From NCBI GenBank assembly GCA_020718065.1, contig DYDE01000008.1, positions 1-58,859 of the forward strand: a DNA stretch of 58,859 bases. The letters are read 5' to 3'. The notes under the pieces are model-generated. The model was given only the letters and a program-made list of their open reading frames with translations. It was not told the origin of the DNA and did not search any database. This DNA is from Marinifilum sp. Lineage in GTDB: Bacteria > Bacteroidota > Bacteroidia > Bacteroidales > CG2-30-32-10. A program made the translations under genes and the position numbers. Below are positions 42,068 through 55,400 of the stretch, piece by piece; positions within the stretch are counted from its first letter, which is position 1, and every line of letters begins with the position of its first letter.

Positions 42068-42832
42068 ATGAAATATGGTATTTGTACCCTTTCGGTTGTT
42101 CCTGTGAGAAAAGATGCTTCTGATAAAAGCGAAATGACTACCCAGCTTTTGTTTGGCGATATAGTAGAATTTCTTGACAAATCAAATCAATGGATTCTTG
42201 TTAAGGGTCAGTTTGACAATTACGAAGGCTGGATCGACTACAAACAAATTACAGAGCTATCAGAGGAAGAATATGTTAAATTATCAAATGCAGCTCAATA
42301 TAAAGTAAGAGATTTAACATTTTCTGTAAAAAACGAAACCGACAATACTGATGTGATCGTGCTGATGGGAAGTGTTTTTCCTTATCAGAATAACTGTTCA
42401 TTTGTTGCTGGTGATAAAACATATACTTTTTCCAAAAAGGAAAAGGAAGAAAAACCTTCTATTGATAGCATTGCGATGATATATCTAAATTCACCTTATT
42501 TGTGGGGAGGGAAAACACCTTTTGGTATAGATTGTTCTGGTTTAACACAGATTGTTTACAAATTGAATGGTGTAAATATATTAAGAGATGCATTCCAACA
42601 AGCAGAACAGGGTGAAACTATCAATTTTATTTCAGAAGCTCAACCAGGTGATTTAGCATTTTTTGATAATAATAAGGGTAAAATAATTCATACAGGTATT
42701 ATCCTTGAAAACAATAAAATAATTCATGCATCTGGCAATGTCCACATTGACAACATTGATCATGAAGGCATTTTTAATGAAAAGGAACAAAAATATACAC
42801 ATAAACTAAGACTTATCAAAAGAATTATCTAA
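42068..42832 (+). CDS. NlpC/P60 family peptidase with an N-terminal SH3-like domain
   Basis: YLWGGKTPFGIDCSGLTQIVY (catalytic Cys) and IIHTGII (His). Confidence 0.85.
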   Translation: MKYGICTLSVVPVRKDASDKSEMTTQLLFGDIVEFLDKSNQWILVKGQFDNYEGWIDYKQITELSEEEYVKLSNAAQYKVRDLTFSVKNETDNTDVIVLMGSVFPYQNNCSFVAGDKTYTFSKKEKEEKPSIDSIAMIYLNSPYLWGGKTPFGIDCSGLTQIVYKLNGVNILRDAFQQAEQGETINFISEAQPGDLAFFDNNKGKIIHTGIILENNKIIHASGNVHIDNIDHEGIFNEKEQKYTHKLRLIKRII

Positions 42833-43045
42833 ACCACTTTTCTTTTTAAAATCCAGATAAAAAAATTAGCAAAATCTTATTTTGTCAAATTGTCATATTT
42901 TTGCCATTTATTTTTCGAAATTCTCACTCAAATTGCAAAATTGTCTTATAATTATTTGTAAAATTGGTTTGGCATAAAATATGACAATACTTGAAGGTAA
43001 ATTAAATTTAAAATCTATTGTTGAATAATTAAAATAATTAAAAAC

Positions 43046-43324
43046 ATGGCAAATTTGAACATCAAACCTTTAGCAGACAGAGTGCTGGTTGAAGCAGCTG
43101 TTGCAGAACAAAAAACATCTGGTGGAATTATTATTCCTGACACAGCAAAAGAAAAACCAATGAAAGGAAAAGTTGTAGCCGTTGGTACTGGTAAAAAAGA
43201 CGAACCTATTACAGTTAAAGTTGGAGACAATATTTTATATGGTAAATATGCAGGCACAGAAATTACTGTAGAAGGAAAAGAATATTTAATTATGCGTGAA
43301 TCTGATATTTACGCTATTGTTTAA
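43046..43324 (+). CDS. groES: co-chaperonin GroES
   Basis: [11 protein letters not shown]...[13 protein letters not shown]...GKVVAVG. Confidence 0.97.
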   Translation: MANLNIKPLADRVLVEAAVAEQKTSGGIIIPDTAKEKPMKGKVVAVGTGKKDEPITVKVGDNILYGKYAGTEITVEGKEYLIMRESDIYAIV

Positions 43325-43355
43325 TTAATTAACAAATACTTAAAATCATAAGAAA

Positions 43356-44996
43356 ATGGCAAAAAAAATTATTTTCAATATTGAAGCTAGAGACGGCCTG
43401 AAAAAAGGCGTAGATGCTTTGTCAAATGCAGTAAAAGTAACTTTAGGTCCTCAAGGACGTAATGTTATTATAGATAAAAAATTTGGTTCTCCACAAATGA
43501 CCAAAGATGGAGTAACTGTTGCTAAAGAAATAGAATTGAAAGATCCTATTGAAAACATGGGTGCTCAGATGGTGAAAGAAGTTGCTTCTAAAACATCAGA
43601 TGTTGCTGGTGACGGAACAACTACTGCTACTGTTTTAGCTCAATCGATTATTACAACAGGTTTAAAAAATGTTACGGCTGGTGCAAATCCAATGGATCTA
43701 AAAAAAGGTATTGATAAAGCTGTTGAATTAGTTAAAGCGCAATTAAAAGCACAATCTAAAGAAGTGGGCGACACTTCTGAAAAAATAGAACAAGTAGCTT
43801 CTATTTCTGCAAACAATGATTCTATTATCGGGAAATTTATTGCAGAAGCAATGCAGAAAGTAAAAAAAGAAGGTGTTATAACTATTGAAGAAGCAAAAGG
43901 TATTGAAACTTCTGTTAAAGTTGTTGAAGGTATGCAATTCGATAGAGGATATATTTCTCCTTATTTTGTAACTGATCCTGATAAAATGGAAGTTGTTTAT
44001 GATAATCCATTTATCTTACTTTATGACAAGAAGATTTCTAATATGAAAGAATTTCTTCCGATATTAGAAAAAGCTGTTCAAACTGGTCGTCCTTTATTAA
44101 TCATTTCTGAAGAAGTTGAAGGCGAAGCATTGGCAACTTTGGTTGTTAACAAATTAAGAGGTTCTTTGAAAATTTGTGCTGTTAAAGCTCCAGGATTCGG
44201 TGACAGAAGAAAAGAAATGCTTGAGGATATAGCTATATTAACTGGTGGTACTGTTATTTCAGAAGAAAAAGGTTTAAAATTAGAAGATGCTGAACTTTCT
44301 TCTCTCGGACAAGCTGACAAAATTACTATTGATAAAGAAAATACAACTATTGTTAGCGGTAAAGGCTCAAAAGAAACAATTCAATCAAGAATTGGTCAGA
44401 TTAAAAAACAAATCGAAAAAACTACTTCTGATTATGATAAAGAAAAACTTCAAGAACGTCTTGCTAAATTAGCAGGTGGAGTTGCAGTTATTTATGTTGG
44501 TGCAGTTAGCGAAATTGAAATGAAAGAAAAGAAAGATCGTTTTGATGATGCTTTACATGCTACTCGTGCAGCTATTGAAGAAGGCATTGTCCCAGGTGGT
44601 GGTGTTGCTTTCATTCGTTGTATCCCTGCTTTAGATAAACTTAAAGGTGATAACGAAGATGAAAATACTGGTATTGCAATTATCAGAAGAGCATTAGAAG
44701 AACCTTTACGTCAGATTGCAGAAAATGCAGGTGTTGAAGGATCTATAGTTGTTCAAAAAGTAAAAGAAGGTAAAGATGATTATGGGTTTAATGCTCGTAC
44801 TGAAGTTTATGAAAACTTATATAAATCAGGTGTTATTGATCCTACCAAAGTAACCAGAGTTGCATTAGAAAATGCTTCTTCAATTGCTGGTATGTTATTA
44901 ACCACTGAATGTGTTCTTGCAGAAGAAAAAGAAGAAAATCCAGCTCCAATGAACCCAGGTATGGGTGGTATGGGCGGTATGGGTGGAATGATGTAA
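43356..44996 (+). CDS. groEL: chaperonin GroEL
   Basis: A full-length Cpn60 sequence with [23 protein letters not shown] and a GGM-repeat C-terminus. Confidence 0.98.
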   Translation: MAKKIIFNIEARDGLKKGVDALSNAVKVTLGPQGRNVIIDKKFGSPQMTKDGVTVAKEIELKDPIENMGAQMVKEVASKTSDVAGDGTTTATVLAQSIITTGLKNVTAGANPMDLKKGIDKAVELVKAQLKAQSKEVGDTSEKIEQVASISANNDSIIGKFIAEAMQKVKKEGVITIEEAKGIETSVKVVEGMQFDRGYISPYFVTDPDKMEVVYDNPFILLYDKKISNMKEFLPILEKAVQTGRPLLIISEEVEGEALATLVVNKLRGSLKICAVKAPGFGDRRKEMLEDIAILTGGTVISEEKGLKLEDAELSSLGQADKITIDKENTTIVSGKGSKETIQSRIGQIKKQIEKTTSDYDKEKLQERLAKLAGGVAVIYVGAVSEIEMKEKKDRFDDALHATRAAIEEGIVPGGGVAFIRCIPALDKLKGDNEDENTGIAIIRRALEEPLRQIAENAGVEGSIVVQKVKEGKDDYGFNARTEVYENLYKSGVIDPTKVTRVALENASSIAGMLLTTECVLAEEKEENPAPMNPGMGGMGGMGGMM

Positions 44997-45018
44997 GATA
45001 GCCACAAATATCATAAAT

Positions 45019-45048
45019 AAAAAAGCCTGCAAAATGCAGGCTTTTTTA
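45019..45048. terminator. bidirectional terminator (groEL / atpC)
   Basis: GCCTGCA-aaa-TGCAGGC flanked by A5 and T6. Confidence 0.9.
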
Positions 45049-45065
45049 TTTATATTTTTATTTTC

Positions 45066-45302
45066 TTATTCAGCTAAAACAATTGCCCTGTTATTTACTA
45101 CTTCCAATACCCCTCCCTTAATATCAAAATCTTGGGTTTTATTATTTTCATCGATAACCTTTATTTTTCCCAACTTTAAAACAGAAATTATGGGTGCGTG
45201 ATTATCCATTAATTCAAATGAGCCATCAATACCGGGCAGCTGAACCAAAGTTACATTACCTGTATATATTATTGCATCAGGTGATATTATCTCTAAAAAC
45301 AT
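45066..45302 (-). CDS. atpC: F0F1 ATP synthase epsilon subunit (short form, beta-sandwich only)
   Basis: 78 aa, directly downstream of atpD, with LEIISPD...V.LPG..G.F..L..HAP. Confidence 0.85.
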   Translation of the reverse strand: MFLEIISPDAIIYTGNVTLVQLPGIDGSFELMDNHAPIISVLKLGKIKVIDENNKTQDFDIKGGVLEVVNNRAIVLAE

Positions 45303-45333
45303 ATTTTATAGGATGTTAAATTATTCCTCTGGT

Positions 45334-46866
<1,533 letters not shown>

Positions 46867-46985
46867 TTATAATTTCTTCACTTCAAAAATCAACTACCAA
46901 AAATACTATATTTTTAATTATAAAGAAACAGCATTAAAGAATAATATTTTTATAATTTTGAAAAAAATAAATTTCAACTTTTAAA

Positions 46986-47915
46986 GTGATTGTTCATTAT
47001 AACCTAAATAATTTTGTAAATGTCAAGAATCCAACTATTACTATGGGTTCATTTGATGGTGTACATATCGGGCATAAAAAAATATTAAGCAAATTAGTAG
47101 ATACGGCTATCAAAATAAATGGTGAAAGTATATTATTTTCATTTTATCCACATCCACGTCAAATACTTTTTCCGAACAATTACACGCATAAATGTTTAAA
47201 CACCCAAGAGGAAAAGATTGAACTTATAAGTCAGACTCATATTGATCACTTAATATTTTTCCCTTTTTCCTTAGAATTTGCTAATATATCTTCATCAGAA
47301 TTTATTCGTAAATTTTTAATTGAAAAAATTCATGTAAAAAAAATTATTGTTGGTTATGATTACCATTTTGGAAAAAACCGAGAAGGAAATTTTGATAATT
47401 TATGTCAGCAAGGTAAGTTATATGGATTTGAGGTAGAAAAAATAAAAGCATTTGATATTAACAACATTGCTGTTAGCTCAACGAAAACAAGAAATGCATT
47501 AAGTGAAGGAGATATAAAACTTGCCAATTCATATCTTGGTTATGAATATTCAATTACTGGCAAAGTTGTTAAGGGCAAACAAATTGGAAGACAGTTAGGT
47601 TATCCCACAGCAAATATTGAAGTAAATGATTTATGCAAATTGATTCCTGCTAAAGGCGTATATGCTGCAAATATAAAAGTTAAAAATATTTTATATAAAG
47701 GAATGGTTAATATTGGTAATCGTCCTACTCTCAATTTAACTGACATAACAATTGAAACAAATATCTTTAATTTTGATAGTGATATATATAACGAACAAAT
47801 TACGATTATATTTATAGACCGAATAAGAGATGAGGTTAAATTCCCAAATCTCAATGCACTCAAAGGACAATTGGAAATCGATAAAGCCAAAACATTAAAG
47901 ATATTAATGCATTAA
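46986..47915 (+). CDS. ribF: bifunctional riboflavin kinase / FMN adenylyltransferase
   Basis: GSFDGVHIGH (nucleotidyltransferase) and C-terminal GRQLGYPTANI...G.YA...G...NIG.RPT (riboflavin kinase). The start codon is GTG. Confidence 0.9.
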   Translation: MIVHYNLNNFVNVKNPTITMGSFDGVHIGHKKILSKLVDTAIKINGESILFSFYPHPRQILFPNNYTHKCLNTQEEKIELISQTHIDHLIFFPFSLEFANISSSEFIRKFLIEKIHVKKIIVGYDYHFGKNREGNFDNLCQQGKLYGFEVEKIKAFDINNIAVSSTKTRNALSEGDIKLANSYLGYEYSITGKVVKGKQIGRQLGYPTANIEVNDLCKLIPAKGVYAANIKVKNILYKGMVNIGNRPTLNLTDITIETNIFNFDSDIYNEQITIIFIDRIRDEVKFPNLNALKGQLEIDKAKTLKILMH

Positions 47916-47931
47916 AAAAATAGTGGAAATT

Positions 47932-49035
47932 TTATTTCCTTTTTCTGATATTTTCTAAAAGCTCATCTATTCTTACATTTAAAAGAGATACATTTTCTTT
48001 AATTATAAGTCCATCATATTCTTCCGTTTTTTTTATTGCTTCACAAATATTGAGATTTTGTTGTATTTGTGAATAAAAAATTCTCTTTTTCATAAAAAAT
48101 CGAGCAAGATATTCTTGTTCTGTTTGACCAGGTGTAGGCACTAATATTGCCTTTTTCCCTAATACACATAAATCCATAATACTGGAATAACCAGATCTAC
48201 ATAAAATTAAACGAGATCTATTTATATATTTTATAAGATCATTAGATGTCAAATAAGAATAAATTGTAAAATTATTTTTAAATCTTTTTATATTTTCAAC
48301 TTCAGGTTTTCCTAAAACAAGAATAACATTTAAATCTTTGTTGAAAAGCTGTTTGATTACAATATCCTCTAAAATGCTTCGCTGAGGTTCAGGTCCGGAA
48401 AGGATAATCATCAAATCATAAATTTCTTTATTATCTTTATTGTCAATAATTGTATTATAAAAGCGTGACTGCGGTCCAATATAAATTACATTTTGTAATC
48501 TATAATATTTATGAGACAAATCACCTGAAAGATTTATTTTTCCTTTATAATCTGGCACCCAACATTCAGTATATTTTGAAATAAAAAAATTGTTGATGAG
48601 ATATAGCAATGGTTCTATAAACTTCAACCAAGTTGGACACTTTATCATCAATTGATGTGTGATAAATATGGTAGGAAGTTGTTTTGAAAATAAACCATAT
48701 CGATTATCAGAAATTACTGCATCAATTTTATAATCTTTTATGATTTTTTTTATTGCTCTATGTTCCTTAACTATATTTTTAAGGAGAGATGGCAATTTAA
48801 ACAACATTTTAACTGCCATATTTCCTTTTCTGGGATACGTTATTTTATATCCATCAAATAAAACGAATTCAATTTCAGGAAATTCTGACTTCAGTAACTC
48901 TAATGATCCACCAGAACCAGCAATAATTACAGATGTATCTTTTAAAAGTAATTGTTTTATAATAGGAATACACCGGCTTGCATGACCCAATCCCCAATCT
49001 AAAGGGCATACTAATATTCTTGTTTGTTTATTCAA
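47932..49035 (-). CDS. GT1/GT28-family (MurG/MGT-like) glycosyltransferase
   Basis: N-terminal DWGLGHASRCIPI (GxGHxxR) and a C-terminal Rossmann domain with GYSSIMD. Confidence 0.65.
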   Translation of the reverse strand: MNKQTRILVCPLDWGLGHASRCIPIIKQLLLKDTSVIIAGSGGSLELLKSEFPEIEFVLFDGYKITYPRKGNMAVKMLFKLPSLLKNIVKEHRAIKKIIKDYKIDAVISDNRYGLFSKQLPTIFITHQLMIKCPTWLKFIEPLLYLINNFFISKYTECWVPDYKGKINLSGDLSHKYYRLQNVIYIGPQSRFYNTIIDNKDNKEIYDLMIILSGPEPQRSILEDIVIKQLFNKDLNVILVLGKPEVENIKRFKNNFTIYSYLTSNDLIKYINRSRLILCRSGYSSIMDLCVLGKKAILVPTPGQTEQEYLARFFMKKRIFYSQIQQNLNICEAIKKTEEYDGLIIKENVSLLNVRIDELLENIRKRK

Positions 49036-49063
49036 TAATACTATGATTTATTAACAAATATAA

Positions 49064-49092
49064 AATAAAAAACCCTCATATAGAGGGTTTTT
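49064..49092 (-). terminator. terminator after the outer-membrane barrel gene
   Basis: The AACCCTC-atata-GAGGGTT stem has a T-run on the minus strand. Confidence 0.65.
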
Positions 49093-49113
49093 ACTTTAAT
49101 AAAAAAGTATTAT

Positions 49114-49962
49114 TTAGAAATGAAGCATTAAATATAATGCACCACCTAAATTACCTGTAGAAAGATTAAAATCACTTCCACCATCAACTTTTAATTTATC
49201 TTCATTGATTGTTCCGCTCGGAGCATCCCAATTTTCAGTTATTGAATATCCTTCACCAGTTTTAGTATATTGGACTCCCCAATTAAACTCTCCACCTAAA
49301 GAAATTTTAGGAGCAACAAAAAATTCTGCTCCAATAAAACCTTTAAGACCTCCTCCTATTGTATTACCAACATTTGTACTTTTAACACGGTATCCTGAAA
49401 CAGGTAAATTTGTTCCAAAATCATGTGAAGTTGGGTTTACATTAGATGCAGAAAAACCATTGCCATAAGTATATTTAGTGTTTCCCGAAGCAAAAATAAA
49501 ACGCAATTCAGCACCATAGAATCCTTGTAATCTTCCATAACCTCTGCGTTTTTCTAGTCCACCGCCAATGTTTACTACAGAAGTTTTTACATTTTCAATG
49601 TCTTCAACATTTACAGTTGGATCAGGTATAGGAGTTTGTCCATCTTTTACAACAAATTCCCTGTTTTCTTGATTTCTAAAGCTTAAATTTAAAGTTAATC
49701 TAACTGCTGTTGCATCATCAAGGAAGTATTTTCCATAAATGTTCATGTTTTCTTTAAAATTAAATGCTGGAACAGTATTATTTACAGCTGTATTGTGTAA
49801 ATTGCCAACATATTTAAAGAATGGAATAGCGTCAATTCCAATAGCAATATCACCACCTGTAGGTAAAATTGGAATACCTTTTTTGGAAACCAATGCATCT
49901 TGAGCATTAATTACCGTAAAAGATAATAATGCTACAATACATAAAATGAGTGTTTTTTTCAT
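49114..49962 (-). CDS. outer-membrane beta-barrel protein
   Basis: Signal peptide, alternating beta-strand pattern, Gly/aromatic-rich, and a C-terminal ...LYLMLHF ending in Phe. Confidence 0.65.
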   Translation of the reverse strand: MKKTLILCIVALLSFTVINAQDALVSKKGIPILPTGGDIAIGIDAIPFFKYVGNLHNTAVNNTVPAFNFKENMNIYGKYFLDDATAVRLTLNLSFRNQENREFVVKDGQTPIPDPTVNVEDIENVKTSVVNIGGGLEKRRGYGRLQGFYGAELRFIFASGNTKYTYGNGFSASNVNPTSHDFGTNLPVSGYRVKSTNVGNTIGGGLKGFIGAEFFVAPKISLGGEFNWGVQYTKTGEGYSITENWDAPSGTINEDKLKVDGGSDFNLSTGNLGGALYLMLHF

Positions 49963-49989
49963 AGCTTTTAAATTTTAATTAAGTTGAAT

Positions 49990-50469
49990 TTAGTTGCCAT
50001 AGTTAAAATCTAAATACTTTGTACTTCCTTTTACAACTACCTGAGTTGGATTAGGATTTACAGTATAAACTTTTCTAACTGTAGTATTGTCCCATTGTAT
50101 TTGATTATATTCAAAATCAACAGGATAAAGAGTTACAGTAACTTCTTTATTTGCAGCAGCAATACTATTAAAACTAAAATTACCATTATCATCTATTGTT
50201 GTTTCATAAGATATATCTTCATAAACAACACCAGGAGTAGGATTGGTGATTAAATCAGCAGAGTTAATAACTGCAATTATTTTTGTTCCTGCTGGAACAT
50301 TTTCTAAATTTGTATTTGTTTGATTTAATTCAGCCTGAACTTTACCTTTCAAAATCGCTGTACCTACATTTGATGGCGCATTGGTAGCTTCATCTTTTTT
50401 ACAACCACTAAGAATAGCAACAAATAAGAGGGATGCTAAAATGAATCCCGATAAAATTGTTTTTTTCAT
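49990..50469 (-). CDS. lipoprotein with a carboxypeptidase-regulatory-like beta-sandwich
   Basis: Lipobox LSGC and GTAILKGKVQAELN...VPAGTKI, typical of CarbopepD_reg-like domains. Confidence 0.5.
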   Translation of the reverse strand: MKKTILSGFILASLLFVAILSGCKKDEATNAPSNVGTAILKGKVQAELNQTNTNLENVPAGTKIIAVINSADLITNPTPGVVYEDISYETTIDDNGNFSFNSIAAANKEVTVTLYPVDFEYNQIQWDNTTVRKVYTVNPNPTQVVVKGSTKYLDFNYGN

Positions 50470-50598
50470 GTTTTTAAAGATTTAATTAATAGATTAAAAA
50501 AACAAATTTAAAACAAATATTTTAAAAATATCATTAAAACTTAAAAAACAAATCAAAAAAAAAACAAATTCCTGTTTCTTAAATAATTATTATTAAAA

Positions 50599-52398
50599 TT
50601 ATTTTTCTTTAAAAATGATTATCACCTTAAGCCCTTTGTTAGTTTTATACTCTATAGATCCATTAATTTGTTCAATCAACGAATCAACTAATTTAAGTCC
50701 CAGGGTTTCCGATTTGTCCTTATCAAATTTTTCGGCAAAGCCAACCCCATTATCACTTATCGTTAGCATCCACTCTTTGTTTTCAATTTTCTCAATTTTT
50801 ACATCAATTTTTCCTTCTTTATTATCAGGGAATGCATACTTTACAGCATTTGAAACCAACTCATTAATAATCATACCGCAAGGGATAGCTATATCGATTG
50901 AAAAAAACACACTTTCAATTTCTAAATTTATAGATATATTACTTTTATTTAAATTGTATGTATAAATAATATTAGATAAAAGATCTTTCAAATATATCTT
51001 ATAATCTATTAATGCAAGATTATTGGTTTGACATAATTTTTCATGTACCAAACTCATTGAAAATATTCTATTTCTGCATTCGTTCAAGATTTCTATGGTT
51101 TTTTTATCTTTTACATAGTCTGATTGTAAGTTTAATATTGAAGAAACAACTTGCAAATTATTCTTTACCCTATGATTAATTTCGCGCAACAAAACTTCTT
51201 TCTCAACAAGTGACACTTTTAATTGTTCTTCTGTTAACTTTTGTTCTGTAATGTCTTGTATTGCAACATAAAGGTTAACTACTTCGTACTTATTATTATA
51301 TTGTATAACACTATCAAGGTTGAGATGTATTATTTTGCCACTATTTCCTATTATCCTGAAAGAGGTTTTAAATCCAGATAATTTTTGAGCTATTCCTGAT
51401 GTCCAAATCTGTATTAAGAACTCTCTATCTTCTGGGTGAGTAATATTAAAAAGTGTTTTTTCAGTAAAATCCAATTTTTCTTTTTCATCTGATATATCAA
51501 GAATCTCAAAAAAATTATCAGAAAAAAAATATTTGTTACACATGCAATCTTTCTGAAAACTGCCTAAACGTGCAAGTTTATGCGATTCCTTTAATTGCAA
51601 AATGTTATCTTTTAATGCGTCTTTAGCTCTGTTGTGGTATGTGTAATCTTCTGCTATTCCCTCAATGTATTCATTTTTACTACCACTATCCACTAATAAT
51701 CTATAATGCACTTTAAGCATAATTATTATGCCATCTTTTCTTCTGCATTTTATTTTATGGTTATTCGAAAAATTTTTCTTAAAGAGTGTTTGTATTACGG
51801 TTTTGCGTTCTTCTGCATCAAAATATATTTGAGAAGAAATATTATTCACAGAATCTGTTAATTCTTTAGGAGAATTATAACCAAGCATTTTTGCAAATGC
51901 TTTGTTTACAGAAATAAACTTTCCCTGAATGGTTGATTGAAATAATCCAAGTCCGGTGTGTTCGTAAATATAACCATACCTTTCACAGATTGACCTGGAA
52001 TGTTTTAATTCGTTTTCAACATCATTCATTTGTGAGGATATTGCATTATTTCCTTGAAAAGCCTTTTCAATTACCAATTGCAATTCGTGCAAACTGTAGT
52101 TTTCTGAAAGATAATTCCTAGCAAAATAAGGGTTTATATTGTTTGGTAAACTTTTTGGTTCTTCTTTAAAAAAATCAACAATCGGAATAGAACATTCTTG
52201 AAGTATTTCTTTTAGTTTATTTTCTCTTAACCCATCATTAACAAAAATCAATTCGGGTTTTATATTTTTAATTATTTTCTGAATATCTTCAGATTCTATT
52301 TGAAATAAAATAGCTTTATAATTGAGCGAAAATAAATTCTCCTGCAGCTTAATAGCTGTTTTATTATCATCAATTATTAGAAATATTTTTTCTGACAT
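50599..52398 (-). CDS. receiver-like domain + 2 PAS + HisKA_2/HATPase sensor histidine kinase
   Basis: N-terminal IFLIIDDNK, H-box INHRVKNNLQVV, and N/G boxes NELVSNAVKYAF and ISDNGVGF. Confidence 0.8.
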   Translation of the reverse strand: MSEKIFLIIDDNKTAIKLQENLFSLNYKAILFQIESEDIQKIIKNIKPELIFVNDGLRENKLKEILQECSIPIVDFFKEEPKSLPNNINPYFARNYLSENYSLHELQLVIEKAFQGNNAISSQMNDVENELKHSRSICERYGYIYEHTGLGLFQSTIQGKFISVNKAFAKMLGYNSPKELTDSVNNISSQIYFDAEERKTVIQTLFKKNFSNNHKIKCRRKDGIIIMLKVHYRLLVDSGSKNEYIEGIAEDYTYHNRAKDALKDNILQLKESHKLARLGSFQKDCMCNKYFFSDNFFEILDISDEKEKLDFTEKTLFNITHPEDREFLIQIWTSGIAQKLSGFKTSFRIIGNSGKIIHLNLDSVIQYNNKYEVVNLYVAIQDITEQKLTEEQLKVSLVEKEVLLREINHRVKNNLQVVSSILNLQSDYVKDKKTIEILNECRNRIFSMSLVHEKLCQTNNLALIDYKIYLKDLLSNIIYTYNLNKSNISINLEIESVFFSIDIAIPCGMIINELVSNAVKYAFPDNKEGKIDVKIEKIENKEWMLTISDNGVGFAEKFDKDKSETLGLKLVDSLIEQINGSIEYKTNKGLKVIIIFKEK

Positions 52399-52413
52399 TT
52401 TTGATGTTTAGTT

Positions 52414-55400
52414 TTATGATTTTTTGTAAGGAAAAGTAATACCAAACCTTGTTCCGTTTTCTCTATTCAATTCAATTACACCTTCTATCTGCTGAGTAAG
52501 GGAGCATACAAGTTGCAACCCCAGGGATGTGGTATTTTGATAATCTATACTTTCAGCAATACCGCTTCCGTTATCCGAAACTTCAAGAAAAAGGTTATCA
52601 CTCTCTTTTAAATGTAGTCTAACAAGAATTTTTCCATGAGTTGTTTTTTTGAAAGCATATTTAAATGCATTGGTTACCAATTCATTTATTATTAAACCCA
52701 AAGGAACCGCCATATCAATTTCTATTGGTATATTTTCTGTATCAGTTTGTATGATTACATTTTCTCCTTTTATATTATATGAATGTAAAAGATAATCTGT
52801 AAGGTTTTTTATATATCCAGCAAAATCTATTTCTTCGAAATTTTTCGATTGGTAAAGCTTTTCATGAATAATAGCCATGGCTTTTATTCTATCCTGACTT
52901 TCTTCAAAAATATCTTTAATTTCCTCGTTATTTATTGTATTGGCTTGCAGATTCAACAAACTAATAATCACCTGCATATTGTTTTTAACCCTGTGGTGAA
53001 TTTCTTTTAACAATATTTCCTTTTCACTTAAAGAAGCTTTAATTTGTTCATCTTTTTGTTTTCTTGCAAGAGCATGCGTAATTAATTGCCCTGTCAAATT
53101 ATAAGCATTAATAATATCTGTAGTCCAATTTATTGATTTTAATGTAGTGTCAAAACCTATACAACCTATTAGTGCATTGCTAATAAAGAGTGGCAATTGG
53201 ATATATGATAATGCTCCTGTTGATAACATAATTTTATTAAAAGGATATTCTTCTGTTGATTGTTCTGTTGTTTTTTGACCTTCAACTATTTTACCTTTTT
53301 TTAACAAAGATATTAGGTCTCTTACAGAATAGACATCAATATTATTGAGCGTTTTTTTGAGGTTAATAGTACCTTTATGATTCCATTCGTATGTAAGAAT
53401 AAGCTTTTCTTTATTATCAGAAAATAAAAAAACATAACCTCTACTCACTTGAGTATAATTAACAACCAATTCTAATGCTTTTATAATAGAATTGTCTATT
53501 TCAGAGGTGTCAAGCTTTATAAATTCAGATGATATCTGGCTTGAAAGTTCAATAAAATCATATTGTTTCTTTCTTGCCTCTTCTGCTTTTTTTCTTTCTG
53601 ACATATCAACTACGAATCCTTCAAAATATAATATATTTCCTTTTGAATCTTTAACTGCATTTGCATCTTCATAAACCCACATCTTACTACCATCTTTTTT
53701 ATAAACCTCATATTCAAATCCTTTCACATAACCAACATCCTGCATTATTTTTATAAAAACCTTACGTAAGTTTGGGTCAACATATGTTTGTATTTCAATA
53801 TCATTTCTTGATTTCATCAACTCTACCGAAGAATCAAAACCATGCATTTTAACAAAAGAAGGATTTACAGTAATATATTTTCCATCTATTGTTGTTTGAA
53901 AAATACCTTCTTTTGCATTTTCAAATATAATACGATATTTTTCTTCGCTTTTTCTTAAAGCTTCTTCGGTTTTTTTACGAAATGTTATATCTCTGAAAAT
54001 ACCAAAAATGCTCATTTCCAACTTGTCCTTTTCATAAAAAGGAGTTGCTGTTAATAATATTTCTCTTTGCTCCTTATCTGATCTTGTGATAGTAATTTCA
54101 TACGAACTTTTTACACCTTTTTTCCTTAAATTTGTTTGTAACTGAATATAAGAATATTGTTTTTGATCAACAAATTCTTTAAGATTCATACCAACCAATC
54201 CACCTTTTGTTACACCAAAAATTTCTTCAGCAGCAGGATTTGCAAACACAAATTCTTCATTAATATTAACTATCCCTACTCCTTCTCCTTGATTTTCTAT
54301 TAAATTCCTATACTTTTCTTCACTTTCTCTTAATGCTCTTTCTGCTTGCTTTCTTTCGGTGATGTTTCTTCCAATCCCAAATCTTCCAATTAACTTTCCA
54401 TCCTTATATAGAGGTGCTGTTGAAAATTCTACATCAAGATAATTTCCATTTTTATGTAAAAAACGAAACTCCGAAGTTTCTGGCAATGGATTTTGTAAAA
54501 ATATAAAATGGTTATTCTTTGAACGTTCTATATCTTCAGGGTGAATAAAAAACAATGAGGATTTACCTAATACTTCATGAGGAGACCATCCGGTATTTCT
54601 TTCTAAGGCACTATTAACTGTTGCTAATGTACTATCTAATGATACTGTATAAATTACATCATTTGCCGTTTCTACAACAAGTCTGTACATTTCTTCACTA
54701 TTGCGTAGAGCCTGTTCTATATATTTACGTTCTGTGATATCCTGTACAATAACCTGAATGTTTGCAAGATTTCCGTTTATATCATTTATGGGTTTAAAAT
54801 GACAAAAAACATATAGTGTTTTATCCCATTTTGTAGTATATTTACGTTCTCCAACTACTTCATTACCCGTATCTATAGCCTGTTGAAGCAGTTCAGAGAT
54901 TCCAGCTTCAACTAAGTGCTTATAGGTTAATAAATTTATTTTTTTTGTTTCATCTGCCGAGGGAGACCCAAGCATTTTATAAAGAGAATTATTTATTCGT
55001 ATTATTTCACCTTTCAAATTGCTTACTAATATTCCCATAGGAGAGTTTTCAAATAGAATTCTAAAATTCTCTTCACTCTCTTTTAGTGTTTTTTCAGCTT
55101 TCACCCTATCTGTAATATCTCTTGTTACCCCTTGTATTCCTATTATATTATCCTTTTTATCATAAAGAACACCAACAATAGTTTCAGCCCAAAATATGGT
55201 ACCATCTTTTTTCACTTGTTCTAACTCAATTTTAACAGTGTATGTTTTACCATCAATTTCTCCTTTACTTATTTTTTCTATAGTTTCTGACAGTAATCTT
55301 ACTACATGTTGATATGACTCTGGTGTTAATATATCTTTGGTTGATATTTCCTGTCTTTCCTCAGGAGTTATACCTAAAACTTTATATATTGATGGACTGG

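Noticed and set aside
42833-43045. CIRCE heat-shock operator upstream of groES
   Set aside because: Only unrelated fragments (TTAGCA, CACTC) are present. There is no TTAGCACTC-N9-GAGTGCTAA inverted repeat.
43015-43257. Antisense or shadow ORFs inside well-identified genes: 43015..43257 in groES; 43743..43937, 44078..44320, 44287..44472 and 44807..45007 in groEL; 45313..45537, 45368..45550 and 46504..46752 in atpD; 2592..2777 in lysS; 50615..50965, 51933..52121, 53492..53674, 55337..55540 and 55877..56089 in the kinases; 57709..57927 and 58334..58522 in the SBP gene
   Set aside because: They lie wholly within conserved genes on the opposite strand or in another frame, and their translations are low-complexity. 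They are typical shadow ORFs.
44957-44996. Tandem GGTATGGG(T/C) repeats at the groEL 3' end
   Set aside because: This is the normal GGM-repeat C-terminal tail of GroEL ([12 protein letters not shown]), not a separate repeat element.
45066-45302. Very short (78 aa) ATP synthase epsilon subunit; considered a truncation or pseudogene
   Set aside because: The ORF has a clean start and stop, sits immediately after atpD and is followed by a terminator. Loss of the C-terminal helical hairpin is a known natural variant, so there is no evidence of decay.
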